Source: Sphyrna mokarran
Lineage: Eukaryota
Assembly: GCA_024679065.1 (NCBI GenBank)
Contig: JAGIQG010000010.1
Coordinates: 18,042,001-18,106,000, forward strand
DNA: 64,000 nt
Direction of reading: 5' to 3'
Of this stretch, positions 37,326 through 50,642 are shown in pieces. Made by a program: the position numbers and the translations under genes. Every line of letters begins with the position of its first letter. Position 1 is the stretch's first letter. A model generated the notes under the pieces. It did no database searches. It saw nothing but the letters and a program-made list of their open reading frames with translations, and was not told the DNA's origin.

Positions 37326-38169
37326 TCAAATAATATAGTAATCATTAACATTTCATTGAAATTATAAGGATAGACATTTGGATGTTTTATTAATGCCAAC
37401 ATAAGCCTAAGTCATCATTTCTAAGCTCCAAATATTTTAACAAGGGAGTAAGTTTTGATGATAGCTTAATAGAAGTGTGTTTTGTCTCTCTGTAAGCAAA
37501 GAAGCTGAAAAGGTAAATTGTAGATTTGTCAGAATGATACCACAATTTTAGAGGGTTAATTCATGAAGGAGGTTTCATAAATCAGGCTTATATTTCTTTA
37601 AGTTTAAAAGGTTGAGAGATCTTTTAAGCCCAAAAGACAGACGTGAAGGAGAAAGAGATTGAGAAGTTGTGTAAATAGTTCATCCCGAGCTGGTTGCATG
37701 AGATTTGTGGTTTTCCACAAGAATTTGATGAGAATATTAATAAGTAGGAGATAAGAGCAGAGATGAGTTTGTGCAGTTCAAGATAGCCAAATTGTATTAA
37801 TGTAGAGGCTATTCCTTTTGAAAAGTTGGAGCCCTCCCAAAAGAGTTGGAAATGACTGCGTTAAGGCAGTCAATAAAGATCAATTCTGATCATCCTGGAA
37901 ATTGAGAGAAAACAGGATGTATTTTCTGCATGTTATTCAACAAACTATGCACGACAGTTATATAAGAGCAATACAATTATTTGTAACATTTGTTATTTGA
38001 AACCGCTCAGGCCAAAATTGCATGTAAATTATTGTTGCAGGACTAATAATTCTTTATTGTAACAGCGCTGCAAAATTGAATCAGCTTTCACAGACCTATG
38101 CACAACCTGTTGAACTGTAGGTGCCAGTGCAGGAACAATTAAAATGTCCTTGGGATGTGCTCACTGAAC

Positions 38170-38435
38170 ATATTACGTGGACACATCATGGCAGTTAAAT
38201 TGTGAACTGCAAAATCCCACAAACGGCAGGGAAATGAGTGACTAGCTGAACAACTTTGGCAATCTGGAAGAGTTTTGTTCGGGACACAGAGAAACTATGT
38301 AACTCTTCAAATAGTGGCAATGTAACACTATGTGCGCTGCAACAGACAAATTGGACCCTGTCCTAATGTCTCATCAAAGAGATGGTGTATCTACAGATGA
38401 TGTATCTCTCAGTGCTGGATTGAAATATTGATTGG
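38170..38435 (-). mobile_element. Deu-SINE, degenerate
   Basis: ggcagttaaattg...aaatcccacaaacggca...ctcttcaaatagtg...aatgtctcatc..agatgg. Confidence 0.55.
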
Positions 38436-40754
38436 CAGCCCGATGCAGACGAGTTGAGTTTGCTTCAAAAATACATGGGTAGTACCTCAGCTGTGCTTTT
38501 GAAACCACAAGGCATCAATAGTTGCCTGTTCAGATAACTATTGCAGCTACATGCTCCTTTTCTATTCCACTAGATTTTGCTTACACTTAATCAGATCCAC
38601 ATCATAGCATTAGAATACACTCCCAGGACTTAAAACACTCATGTTGTCCTCATCTAAATGAAAAAGATGTTTTTTTAAAGAAAAGGAATTGTTTCCGCGT
38701 TAACTGCAATTAATATTTAGCACCAAGAGCTTTGTTGGGTTGAGCAAAAATAAACAAAAAAATTAGATGACTCTTATCTTCCAGATTTAAGAAATTATGC
38801 TTTAAAAGCTTCACTGCACAATTCAATTTTTTTTTATCTTAGCTTCTTAATCTCCACTCACATCAATTGAGTTCAATCACACATCTTTACTCAATTTGTG
38901 CCTCAAGTGATTGCTGTTTTGGAAGTGTTTGTGTTCAGCTCTGTACCAGGGCTTTGAAATTTTGGCAAATACCATCAAATAAAATTTCAAAAATGAAAGC
39001 ATTTTGGAGAGAGATATATTACCCAGGAATAAATGCGTACTCCTGCAAAGGCAACATTTGTGTACCTCAGGTTCTCTACTATTATTCAATTGGTGTATTA
39101 TTGGGTTTACGCACAGCATAAAGTACAACAAGATCTTACACTTGGATCTCTATGTAGAGTCATTTCCAAATTGGCAGCTTTTTTTTTAGGGGAGTGCGAG
39201 GATTAATGATGCTGGAAAGAGTTGGTCAGTTTTGTAGCGTGGCATGAATGCAGCATAGCAACTTGCTACGAATTGTGAAACATCAATGTTAAGATAACAA
39301 TTTCTGATCATCATTTCTACATCTTCATATTTCAAAGTGAATATCATTTCAATACTGGAAATCTATTCAATGTATAAACAGCATTGGAAAGCTTGCAATG
39401 AATATAGCAAATGCTCACTATTTACCAGATGACTTGATATGAGTGTCAGCATGACCTCAATTTACTTGCATTGTATGCCTATATAAAGGGACATACACAT
39501 GGTATAGAAAATGAGAATGAGATAATATTGCTAAAAAGAGAGACATGTTACTGAAGTTTTTTCTTACACTCATCAGGACAAATGCAAGAATGCCACATTT
39601 CAAATGATCACAACAAATTATACCACAAGAAAAGTGCAGGACAAAAAGCTTCAGCAACATGTCTCTCTTTTCAGCAATGTTCAAGTTCTGTATAAAAAAG
39701 TGGCAATTGGAAATAGGGACTGTTTCCTATGCTGAAATGGATGAATTTGAGGCACACTCAAAATTGTGCCTTAGGCTTTACTTCACCTCTTTCCGATTTT
39801 AGCTGCTTCAACACTGGACAGCTGCACTCGAGAAAGAGAACATGGCCACTTGCTATGGGAAGGAGATGCCCAGGAGTGGTGGAACAGTAATCATAAGTGA
39901 GTGAGGTAGCCAAAAGATGGGTGCCAGGATTCTCCCACCCTACCTGCCATGGAACTGAAGCAAGCAAGGAATGGACTGAAATTCCTGTGACCTCAGGTGT
40001 GAATTTTCAGTCTTGCATAAACGAGGCTATAAGATCCCTCCCAGGTTATGTAATTAGGAGGGAGGGGAAGGTGGTGAGTGGTGTGGCAGGGAGTGGATTG
40101 AGAGACTCAAATAGGTGGACAGGAGAGTGCGAAGGTGGCACAATATTTCAGCATGATGAATGCCAACCATCCCTAAGCAGCATAACAGTGAACAAGACTT
40201 CAACTTTGATCAGCTGCACATGAGGTTCTGACCGGAGATCAGGAAAGGTTGGATAGGTTGAATGGGGAAGTGGCAAAACAGTGGGCAGGAGTCGGGTATC
40301 TATCCAGAAGAGAAGAAAAACAGCAAAATGGGGAAATAATAATATCTATACGAACTGATCTTGTGTACTGCAAAATGGAACACCAATGAAATGGGGAAAC
40401 AAGAATACTGAACTTGTTTCTTTTCCTTTTGAGTAGAGGTAGATGGGGAAGGAAATATGAGGAACAGAGGTGATTGAGAGAGAGGAGGAAATAACTGGGT
40501 GGAAGGGAAGGGACAGAATTTTATTCAGCAATGGTATTCATCACTGGAGATGGAAAGAGTATCTCATTTTCTCCGTTTCAGTCTGGTGGCAACACATTTG
40601 TGACTCAATAGATATATACACACACATGGCTCACCATATTGGATATTTTTCTGCCTATTTTATACCTGAAACAGGTTTGGTGTCATGAAATTTTTTGACC
40701 TCCGTTTATGTGTAATTGGAGACATATGAAAATAACTTGATAATACCTAACTTT

Positions 40755-41880
40755 TTAAAAAAAATTCGTTTGTGGGAAATGAGCATCACTGGCTGACCAG
40801 TGTTTAATGCCCATCCCTAGTTGTCCTTGAGAAGGTGATGGTGAGCTGTCTTCTCGAATCGCTGCAGTCCACATGCTGTAGGTTGATCCACAATGCCATT
40901 CAGAAGGAATTTCGAGAGTTTAAGCCAGCAATAGTGAAGGAACAGCAGTACATTTCCAAGTGGTTTGGATGGGAATTTGCAGGTGGTGGTGTTCCCATGT
41001 ATCTGCTACCCTCTAGATGGAAATGGTCATGGGTTTGAAAGATGCTGTCAAAGAATGTTGGGTGAATTGCTGCACACTGCTGCTACTGAGCGTTAGTGGT
41101 GGAGGGAGTGGGTGTTTATGCTGCGCCAATCAAGCAGGCTGCATTTTCCTGGATGGAGTCAAGCTTTTCGAGCTTGTTGCAGCTGCACCCAAGCGGGCAA
41201 GTGGGGAGTATTCTATTGCAATCCTATCTTGTGCCTTGTAGAGAGAAGACAGGTTTTGGGGAGTCAGGAGCTGTTACTTGCCATAGGATTCCTAGCCTCT
41301 GACCAGCTGTTTTAGAGAATAGAATTATTTTATAGAATCCCTACAGTGCTGAAGGAGGCCATTCTGCTCATCAAGACTGCACTAACCACAATTCCATCCA
41401 GGTCTTATTCCTGTAACTTCTTGCATTAACCCTGCTCATCCTTCTGACACTAGGGTTAATTTAGCGTGGCAAATCAACCTAACCCAAAAATCTTTTTGAC
41501 TGTAGGAGGAAATCGGGACACCCGGAGGAAACCCATGCTGACACTGGCAGAATGTGCAAACTCCACACAGACAGTGATCCCAGGTCGGAATTGAACCTGG
41601 ATCCCTGGCACTGTGAGGCAGAGGTGCTAACCACTGTGCCACTGTACCACCATCTTGCAACCATTATATTTAGATGGCGAGTGCAGTTGAGTTTCTGGTC
41701 AATGGTAATCTCAAGGATGTTAACAGTGGAGGATTCAGTGATGACAACGCCATTGAATGTCAAGAGGCAGTGCTTAGAGGGCCTCTTATTGGTCATGGCC
41801 ATTGCCTAACATTTGTGTGGCATGAGTATTACTGCCACTTGTTTGCCCAAGCCAGGATATTGTCCAGATTGTGTTGCTGG
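40755..41880 (-). mobile_element. CR1/Jockey-group LINE 3' part (distinct from HER1-type CR1), split by a V-SINE
   Basis: LTFNGVVITESSTVNILEITIDQKLN RT C-terminal motif; 41160-41240 gives EYSPLARLGAAATSSKSL on the minus strand; A/T-rich 3' end at 40751-40765. Confidence 0.75.
41318..41652 (-). mobile_element. V-SINE full length, tail A
   Basis: tagaatccctacagtgctgaaggaggccatt ... gaatgtgcaaactccacacagacagtga ... gtgctaaccactgtgccac. Confidence 0.9.
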
Positions 41881-42729
41881 GTCCTCTCACAATTTGAATT
41901 CACTGATGAATGACCACAATCTCTTCACCAATTGTTTGGGGAAACAGAATTCCATCCTTAACATTGATTTTCTTTACAGCCTAATGAGAGGAGAAGCCGT
42001 TTTGTCTGTTGTGCCCAACCAGCTCCCCTCTCAGAGTCAAGCTTTTTGAGCTTCTTGCAGCTGCACCCATCCAGGCTATCGTCATACACTCCCACTGCAC
42101 TTTTTTAACATCGTTAATGTTGCTCTCCTTCCAAGTGTTTATCTAATTCCTTCTTAAATGTATGATTGATTCAGCTTTAGCGGCAATATATGCTAATATA
42201 TTTCATATTCTAATAACACTTAACATGTTATCTACAGTAGGGCAATTCTGATCAGGTCATTAAATTGTCTAATATATCTCTGGTAATGTGCAAAATTTTG
42301 CTCACATCTTACTCCTTCTGCTCAAGCTTATCAATGCCCTGAAGGGTTATGCATTACTGTACGTGATCTATTTAGTATTCATTCGCCCATACAGTTCCTG
42401 GCAGGTGCAGACAAATTACCTGACCTGGCCTCCATTCTCTTATTTGCAGTCAGGTTTCTCCACTGGCTTGCTGAAACAAACACTATCATTATTGTAACAA
42501 AGTTATTCAGATGTCAGGAGTAGCTTTGTATTGTAATATTAACTTTAAATTATGTAAGCAAAATTTAGAAAGCGGTTCTACTTCAAGCTAGTTGTTCTCC
42601 ATTGATACACCAACAGATTTATTTTGATTGAGTGTTTGACATAGTGCTCAAGTTATGGATCAACTAATGATTTATACACTCCCAAACATAACCTCCCTGC
42701 TCTTGCATCATATGCCTCAGCTCATGTTT

Positions 42730-43075
42730 TAAAAATTCCTTTAACATGATGCGAGCATCATTGGCTGGGCTGTCCGCAACCATCCTCCATTTCAGAAGTA
42801 TGTGAGAGTCAATTATATTGCTATCAATCTGGAGTCACACGCAGGACAGACCAGGCAAAGTTGGCAGATTTCTTTCCCGAAAAGACGTTAGTGAACTAGA
42901 TGGGTTTGTACAACAATTGTTTCATGGTTATCATTTAGACTTTTAATTCCAGATTTTTCCTGAATTAAAATTTCTCGACCTGCCATAGTGAGATTTGAAC
43001 CTGGATCCCCAGATCTTGCTTTTGCTCTCTGGATTACTAGTTCAGTGATAATACCACAGTGGTACTGTCCCATCC
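42730..43075 (-). mobile_element. tRNA-derived SINE (third family) with the tail of the 40755 LINE
   Basis: minus-strand head tgtggtattatcactgaactagtaatccagag...ggatccaggttcaaatc (A/B-box like); tail gagcatcattggctg matches gagcatcactggctg at 40781. Confidence 0.7.
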
Positions 43076-43149
43076 AAAAAGGAAGGGATTTCACATGCCT
43101 TTTTAACCATCTGATTGACTTGTTCTACTACCGTCAAGAATCTGTAGGC

Positions 43150-44420
43150 ATTCACTCAAAGCTTCCTCTCTTCCTTTATACCTCTCAGTACTCCCATTCA
43201 TTGTGAATTCCTTTGCCTTGTTTGACCTCCCCAATTGCATCACCTCATATTTATGCAGGTTGAATTTGTTCACCTGATCAGCCCATTGATATCTTCTTGC
43301 AGTCTAGATCTATTCACAGAACCACAGAATCCCTGTAGTGCTAAAGAGTCCATTTGGCCCATCAAGTTTATACTGATGCTCCGAAAGAGCATCCCGTAGG
43401 GGGTCTCCCCTCCACCCCATTCCTGTGACCCAACTCATTTTCCCATGGCTAATCCACATCTTTGGACAACTAAGGAATAATTTGGCATGGCCAATCTACC
43501 TAACCAGTACAACTTTGGACTGTGTGAGGAAACTGGAGCACCCAGAAGAAACTGGAGCACCCCAAGAAAACTCACACGAACACAGGGACAACTTGCAAAC
43601 CTGAACACAGACAGTCACCCAAGGCCAGAATCAAACCCCGGTCCCTAGTGCTGTGAGGCAGCAGTGTTGACGACTGTATCACTATGCCTCCTTGCTATCA
43701 GCAACATGGCCACATTTTGTTTATGCCCAACTTATTAATATAAACAAAAAACAGGATACCCTCTACTGAACCTTGGGGCACCAGCCCTTCTGATGCAAAC
43801 AAAAACACTTGCCGGCAATTACCCTTTGTTCCCTGGCATTAAGTCAGTTTTGTATTCAGTTTGGTAGATTCCCCCCAAGACACCACGGGGAATTTATTTT
43901 TTTTAATGATGCTGAACATCTCACCGTCTGGCTTCCTCTTAACATTTCAAACCCAAAGGAGAACAACCCCAGCTTTTCCGGTGTCTCCACTACACTAAAG
44001 CCCTTCATCCCTGGTACTATTCTAATAATCTGTTCTGCGCTTCTTCCATGGCCTTTGATATCCTTTCCGAAATGTGGTGCTTAGAATTCAACATAATTCA
44101 CCAGCTGAAGCCAAAATTGTATTTTGCATAACTCTCTTGGTTTTGTATCAATATAATTAAATCAGGGATCATATCTGATCTTTAAACAGCATTCTTACCT
44201 TGTCTTGACACTGTCAAAGATTGTTGCACATATACCCCAGATCTCTCAACTGCTCCATATCCTTAAAAATTATATTATTTAGTTGATATTGCTTCTCTCC
44301 ATTTATCCTAAAAGAATAATAATTTTGCAATACTCTTAATAAAATTCATTGTCTGCCCATTTCATAGTCTACGTCTGCCTGATGTCTACCCTCTTCACTA
44401 CATTCCTGAGTTTCAACTCC
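43150..44420 (-). mobile_element. Degenerate CR1 ORF2 fragments
   Basis: tgcatcacctcatattt...ttgaattt; ccaaaggagaacaaccccagc (LGLFSF); gaaatgtggtgc. Confidence 0.6.
43315..43692 (-). mobile_element. V-SINE full length, tail A
   Basis: acagaatccctgtagtgc tail; ggcatggccaatctacctaacc core; ctgtgaggcagcagtg head; gaaactggagcaccc duplicated. Confidence 0.9.
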
Positions 44421-45287
44421 TTCTATCTTTCTTTAATCCCATGGACTATAAAGCCCGAACTTCTGTTCCTTTGTTGGAAAAACTCCACAAACCTGACTCA
44501 GAGCAAAGTGCCCTGGATGGTCTAATATTCATACTGGATGGAGGGATGGTGTGGTGGCAGGTTTTAATAGGAATCAAGTTTGTCCCCTCCAGAAAGAATT
44601 CAGAGATAGCCACAAGCTTGTTGGGTTTTCAGGTAATCTCTGTGAAAGACCCCGACTTGGTGACCACCCCAGCTGCAGTAAAAAATAAAACAACAAAAGC
44701 CTTCATCCTTCACACTCCTTCACATGCAAGCTCCATGACCCATTCATGTCAACCCATGCCACTTCATGGTCCCAACTCACTCCCATGATCTTTTATAGTC
44801 CTTTGCCCAGAGCCCTTTATAGTCCCAATGCTAACCCATGCCAACCGATTCCTCCACACCCACCATCTTTGCCCTTATACCGTGCATGTCTACTCACCCA
44901 GTATCTACCTTATGCAGACCTCAGGACCAATGTTGAGATAAAATAAAATAAATTTCTAAGTGTCTCTTGCAGACTAACTTCCATTCATATAAAAAGATTC
45001 AAATACACTCTTTCCAATTATTCATCCCTTATTTAAACAAATAAACTATTCAAATGCCTCATCCTTATTAAATACAAATATTTTTATTCATAACCCAACA
45101 TCAAAATCTTTATAGCTACTTGGAACTGCCAATAGACTGTGGACTGACAGGCACCCCAGTACAATATTGATAATTTATGAAATCAGTCATGTAGCATAAT
45201 TCTTATAATGTCTGTCCTCAAGCTTATGTCAATGGGAAAAGTGAAATATTAGATCATTTTTTAAAAATATCCAGAGTTCTTAAAAAA

Positions 45288-45500
45288 GTGAATGGAACCG
45301 ACTGCTGTGAATGGAACCGACTGCCGTCGGAGGTTGTTAAGGCAAACTCACTGGGGTCTTTTAAGAGACTTCTGGATGAGTATATGGAAAAGAATAGGAT
45401 AGGGGGTTATAGATAGGTCTGTGGATTGGTAGATGTGATCGGCGCAACTCGTGGGCCGAAGGGCCTGTTTGTGCTGTATTGTTCTATGTTCTATGTTCTA
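45288..45500 (+). mobile_element. 5'-truncated CR1 3' end
   Basis: WNRLPSEVVKANSLGSF..LLDEYM; tail cgtgggccgaagggcctgtttgtgctgtattgttctatgttctatgttcta. Confidence 0.9.
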
Positions 45501-45899
45501 TACATTTAGAGGCCAGAGGATGAAATGCCTTGACAGTTTCAATGAGTTATTGCATTTTTTAGATACATTCATGTCAAATGTTAACAATCCCAAAGGAAGT
45601 TTTACCTCAAGTCCAAAAGACACCTGACCTTTCCCAAAGGACATGATATCTCTCCCAAAGCTGTCCCTGGATCTATCAAAAAGGCTACCCTACAACTGCA
45701 AAGAAGTCTGGCAGGTTTTGACCTTCTTCTGAAAGGTGGAAAGCCCACAAGTCGGGGAAATCTCCCAGCTCCTGATTTGTGGGCTTTCTCTAGGGCTGGG
45801 AAACATAAGCAGAGGTCGTTTAGTGGGCTTCCTGCTTGGTGCCATGACCTCTGCATGTCTCCGGGCCACTGATTTCCAGTAGCACCAACTTTGTGATAA

Positions 45900-46834
45900 A
45901 AATTGGTGCAGAGCTGCTTTAGGTATTATAATAATTATTTCAGTATCATTAATGGGCCCATGTCAGAAGTCTCCATGCCGTTTAGCCTCTTCCTTCCCAC
46001 TCCCCCAACCAGGACTTCTTTACGGCAGTGGGGTTTACAACAACTTCTCACTAATGGCTAGCTGGCGGCAGACTCCACTGGAGCGAAGGGGAGACCATAG
46101 ATGCCTCCTAATCTCCAAGAGGTCATGGTAAGGGGGGTGTCCCCAAGCAGCAAAGTGACAATGCCTAAGGAGTACCTTGGCATTGCTCACCAGGCATCAG
46201 ATGGGGCTTATGAGAGGTAGGGTCTATTGGGCCAGGGTCTGTGGAGGGTAGATCAGTGGGAATGGGGGGTGTCCTGCTGCCACTCTGTATAGGGATCAGT
46301 TGTAGAGGGAGGGAAGACAATAATTAATTAGTCATCAAGGTGAAGGGGTTTGGAGTGGGGTTTGATCTGCTGGGGCTTTTGGGACTGTTGGTTGCGGGAG
46401 GGTGGAAATTGGGAGATCAGAACTGCTGGTGGTGTAAATCAAGCTGGGTCATGGGGGGTGGGGGAGGGAGGGGGCATCCTGGAGGCGTCCAGGAGTCCAG
46501 CCATCAGCGGTAGGGAACCTGGAAAGGCAGTGTTGTAGGGTTTTGAGGCTGGCCAGTGATCAGGAGGCTTGTGTGAAGGGCTAATACACGTGTACTGATC
46601 TCCCTCTGATAGGTCAGTGCATGTGCAGAGTCCCGCTCAGCGCTGTACCGCCGATCACTCCAGTGGGAATAGAGCCCAGCCCCTGATTTTTATCATGATT
46701 CACTCTATGGCACTCTGCAGTGCTCAGCGTGTGGGAGATTCAATTTGGAAGTCCCACTTAAAAAAAAACTGGGGGAGTTACTTCAATTTTTACGTGACTT
46801 CGGCATTTAAAGCTCTTTTGGGAGAACCTCAGCC
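45900..46834. mobile_element. Non-autonomous Harbinger-like element (left end uncertain)
   Basis: right end tttttacgtgacttcggcattta...gggagaacctcagcc resembles 29070-29123; ggccagtgatcaggagg...gggaatag motifs shared with 28860-28975. Confidence 0.5.
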
Positions 46835-47069
46835 ATCATGTTTTGGACCTTCCAGTTACAGAAATTGGATCTGTTTGATGTGCAACTGCTTTTGTGAACT
46901 ATGGGTGTGCAAACTATCACCTTCGCACCCCCCATCTCACCCGACATCCCATGTCCACCCCAACTTTTCTTTCTCCGTGACAAAAATGATGGGTGCTAGC
47001 TTGAGGAGCATGACTTCTGGAATCATGTCTCCATTGCCGTTTGGTGAAGTCTGCGACCTTCTCCACCTT

Positions 47070-47720
47070 TGTATAAATGAGTACCTAAGTTTGCTAACAC
47101 ATTTCTTGTGGCAGTCCAAATATACAACATCAACTGTCCTCATTAACACTGTCTATTACTTCACATAAGAACTCAATCACATTTAACAAATCCACACTGA
47201 CTTGAATTTATTTCCTCTGGTTTTTCCAAATATTAATTAATTTTGTCCTAATCATTCTCACAAGGTTTTCCCATCACCAACACAAGACTGGCTAGCATGC
47301 AATTGCTGGGTTTATCCTCCTCGCCTTATCTAATATGAAATAATACTTGCAATACTCCAGTTCCTCTGGCACCTATCCCATATTCAAGGAGGATTGGAAG
47401 ATAATGGCCAGAGTGTCCACAATTCCAATCCTTATTTCTTATCTATTCACGCCCAGCCTTAAGTTCAGCACTCTTTTATAATTTTTATGTTTAAGACTTT
47501 TGAGTTCCCTTTTATGTTAGCATCTAATCTATTCTCATTTATTTGTTGGTTACATTTTTGTTGATCTCCTCTGTGTTTTCCTTATTTTACTGAGTCCTCA
47601 ACTATCTTATGAGTCAAGTATTTATCATAAGTCTCATTGTTCTGATTTGCTTTGATCTCTGTATCATTAGTCATCCAGGAAGCTCAATTTGGATGCCTTT
47701 GCATTCTTCCCTGGAAATAT
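47070..47720 (-). mobile_element. Degenerate CR1 RT fragment
   Basis: VDVVYLD on the minus strand near 47110-47140; ataaacccagcaattgcatgctagccagtc resembles the D.PGNYRPVSL region. Confidence 0.6.
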
Positions 47721-48065
47721 GTCAACTTCCAACCCATACCATCTCTTTCTTGATGGCCTACTCTTGATCAATTTGTTTTTGATCAACGAGGACCAGATCC
47801 TCAAAGAATTGTGAATGCAGCCCAGCCCATCATGTAAACCAGTCTTCCATGCAATGACTCTCTCTGTACTTCCTACTGCCTTGGAAAAATAACCAGCATA
47901 ATCAATGATTCTCTTGTCGCCTGGGCATATACTCTTCCACCTTCTTCCATTGAGAAAAAGATACAAAACCCTAAATTATACACCAAGCGATTCGAGGGCA
48001 GTGTCTTCCCTGATGCCATCAGACTTCTGAATGGATGTACCTTATATTAAGCTGATCTTTCTCTG

Positions 48066-49843
48066 CTCAAACGGGGAATTAGAAGGGCAAAAAGGGGGCA
48101 TGAAATGATTTTGGCGGATAGGATTAAGAAAAATCCAAAGGCTTTTTACTCCTATGTTAGGAATAAAAGGGTGGTTAGAGGAAAAATCGGACCTCTTAGG
48201 GACAGAGGAGGGGAACTGTGCTTAGAGCCTGAGGGAATGGCAAAGATCCTGAATGAATACTTTGCATTGGTATTCACGAAGGAGAGGGGCTTGTTGACTG
48301 GCCCTGTCTCTGAGGGAGCTGTGGACCAGTTGAGGGAAATATCTATACCGGGGGAGGAAGTGTTAGAGCTTCTAGGTAGCATTAAAACTGATAAATCTCC
48401 GGGACCTGATGGCATTTATCCCAGGCTGCTTAGGGAGGTGCAAGGTGAAATTGCTGGGCCTCTGACACAAATCTTTGTCTCTTCTTTGGACACAGGTGAG
48501 GTCCCAGAGGACTAGAGAATAGTTAATGTTGTACCATTGTTTAAAAAGGGTAGTAGGGATAACCCTGGGAATTATATGCCGGTGAGTTTGACATCAGTGG
48601 TAGGGAAGCTGTTGGAGGGGATTCTTAGAGATAGGATGTATAGGCACTTAGAGCGTTGCGATCTGATTAGGGATACGCAGCATGGATTTGTTAAGGGGAG
48701 GTTGTGCCTTACGAATCTGGTAGAATTTTTTGAGGAGGTGACGAAAACAGTGGACGAAGGGCGAGCCGCTAATGTCGTCTATATGGATTTTAGTAAGGCG
48801 TTTGACAAAGTCCCTCATGGGAGGTTAGTCGACAAGGTCAAGGCTAATGGGATACAAGGACAGGTAGCTAGATGGATAAGTAACTGGCTTAGTAATAGGA
48901 GACAGAGAGTAATAGTGGAAGGGTGTTTTTCTAGCTGGAGGTCGGTCACTAGTGGTGTGCTGCAGGGCTGATACTGGAACCTCTTCTATTTGTAATATAT
49001 ATAAGTGGAGTGACCAGCAAGTTTGCAGATGATACAAAGATGGCTGGACTTGCAGATAGTGAGGACCATTGTCAGGCGATGCAGCAGGACATAGATAGGC
49101 TGGTAGCTTGGGCAGATAGATGGCAGATGGAATTCAATCCTGATAAATGTGAGGTGATGCATTTCAGGAGAAAGAATGTAGCAGGGAGATATATGATAAA
49201 GGGTAGACCTATTAAGAGTATAGAAACGCAGAGGGACCTGATGGTGCAGGTGAACAAGTCTCTGAAGGTGGCAGAGCAAGTGGAGAAGGTTGTGAAGAAA
49301 GCATATAGTATGCTAGCCTTTCTAGGAAGGGGTATAGAGTTCAAGAGCTGGTCTTTAATGTTGCAGTTGTATAAAACATTACCTCATTTGGAATACTGCG
49401 TCCAGTTCTGGTCACCTTACTACCGGAAGGACGTGGAGACTCTGGAGAAAATGCGGAGGAAGTTTACCAGGATGCTGCCTGGTATGGAAGATCTGAGTTA
49501 CGGGGAGAGGTTAGGCAAATTGGGACTGTTTTCCTTAGAAAGACGTAGACTTAGAGGAGATCTAGTAGAGGTGTACAAGATGATGAGGGGTCTAGATAGA
49601 GTAACCAGGCTTAAGCTTTTTCCTAGGATGGACTCGAATAGCATGAGGGGTCACGGGCTTAGGGTGAGGGGGGTAAGGTATAATTTGGATTCTAGAGGGA
49701 GTTTTTTCACACAGAGGGTGGTGGGGGTATGGAATGCGCTGCCAAGTAAAGTGGTGGAGGCAGGTACTCTGGAGTTATTTAAGAAATACTTAGATGGGCA
49801 CATGAACAGAATGGGAATGGAGGGGTATAGAAAACTGATTTAA
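48066..49843 (+). pseudogene. CR1 (HER1-like) LINE ORF2, 5'-truncated reverse transcriptase
   Basis: KSPGPDGIYPRLL, PGNY.PVSLTSVVGKLLE, QHGFVKGR.CLTNL, VYMDFSKAFDKVPH, SKFADDTK, LEYCVQFWSP, FFTQRVV.VWN.LP; stops at 48513 and 48969 and a deletion near 49005. Confidence 0.97.
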
Positions 49844-50372
49844 AATAGGGATCATGAGCCTTGGGAGTCCCTGGGAAGTGTGTAAATAGATGATGATATT
49901 GATGTACTTGTTTTTATCCTACAGGTGCTTTGGTTCACCTTGTTGTCTAACAAGGGGCATACACGCAATGGGTCACGAGAGGGCTGCTCTTGGATTTTTT
50001 TCAAAAGTATCCTAGTGCTTCACGTTGTTAGTGTACGTTGACCTGGACCATTTGATGGGCAAGATGACAGCTCACTGACTATCGCTGTGCTGTGCAGATA
50101 CATGGATTTGAGCCTGTTTCTGTGGGGGTTTGCACATTCTCCCCGTGCTTGCATGGGTTTTCTCCGTATGCTCCGGTTTCCTCCCACATCCCAAAGATGT
50201 GCTCTTAGGCTAATTAGCAAAACAAATTCTCCCTAAATTGTCTCAAATTTGGTTTTTAATCCATAGGTCTATAAACATAGACAGGGGTCACGGGTAGAGG
50301 TGGGAACATCGGGGTGGCGGCGTGGGCTCGTTGGGCCGAAGGACCTGTTTCCCGTGCTGTTTTGTTCTTTGT
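49844..50372 (+). mobile_element. Extended CR1 3' UTR containing a V-SINE core (about 50115-50235) and a CR1-type tail
   Basis: gtttgcacattctccccgtg...ctccggtttcctcccacatcccaaagatgtgc; tail gggctcgttgggccgaaggacctgtttcccgtgctgttttgttctttgt. Confidence 0.75.
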
Positions 50373-50555
50373 ACATCTTACCTGTGGCTGTAACAATGCA
50401 TTCTGCACCCTTTCCTTCTCCCCTATATGCTCTATGAATGGCATGTTTTGCCTGTATCATGCTCAAGAAACAATACGTTTCACTGTATCCCATTATATGC
50501 AACAATAATAAATCAACTTATTGAAGTTAGTCCTCCTCCAGTTAGGTATCGAATG

Positions 50556-50608
50556 CTACAAAAGCAATAATGCTATCAGTCTACAAAAGCAATAATGCTA
50601 TCAGTCTA
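50556..50608. repeat. Perfect 25-bp tandem duplication
   Basis: ctacaaaagcaataatgctatcagt x2. Confidence 0.95.
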
Positions 50609-50642
50609 AATCAGAAGAGATGTTGGCTTGAAGACAACTTGT

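Larger units (their letters stand above)
47788..50516 (+). mobile_element. Rex1/Babar LINE 3' end, interrupted by CR1 (parts 47788-48065 and 50373-50516)
   Basis: QRIVNAAQ...LFHLLP..KRY...SVFPDAIRLLN; 3' UTR resumes at 50373 and ends tttcactgtatccc...caataataaatcaa. Confidence 0.8.

Noticed and set aside
43359-43392. ctgatgctccgaaagagcatc as a hammerhead
   Set aside because: The CUGANGA core is incomplete; it is a small hairpin inside a SINE tail.
48105-49843. Active reverse transcriptase gene
   Set aside because: 5'-truncated (no endonuclease domain), two stops and a deletion before FADD.
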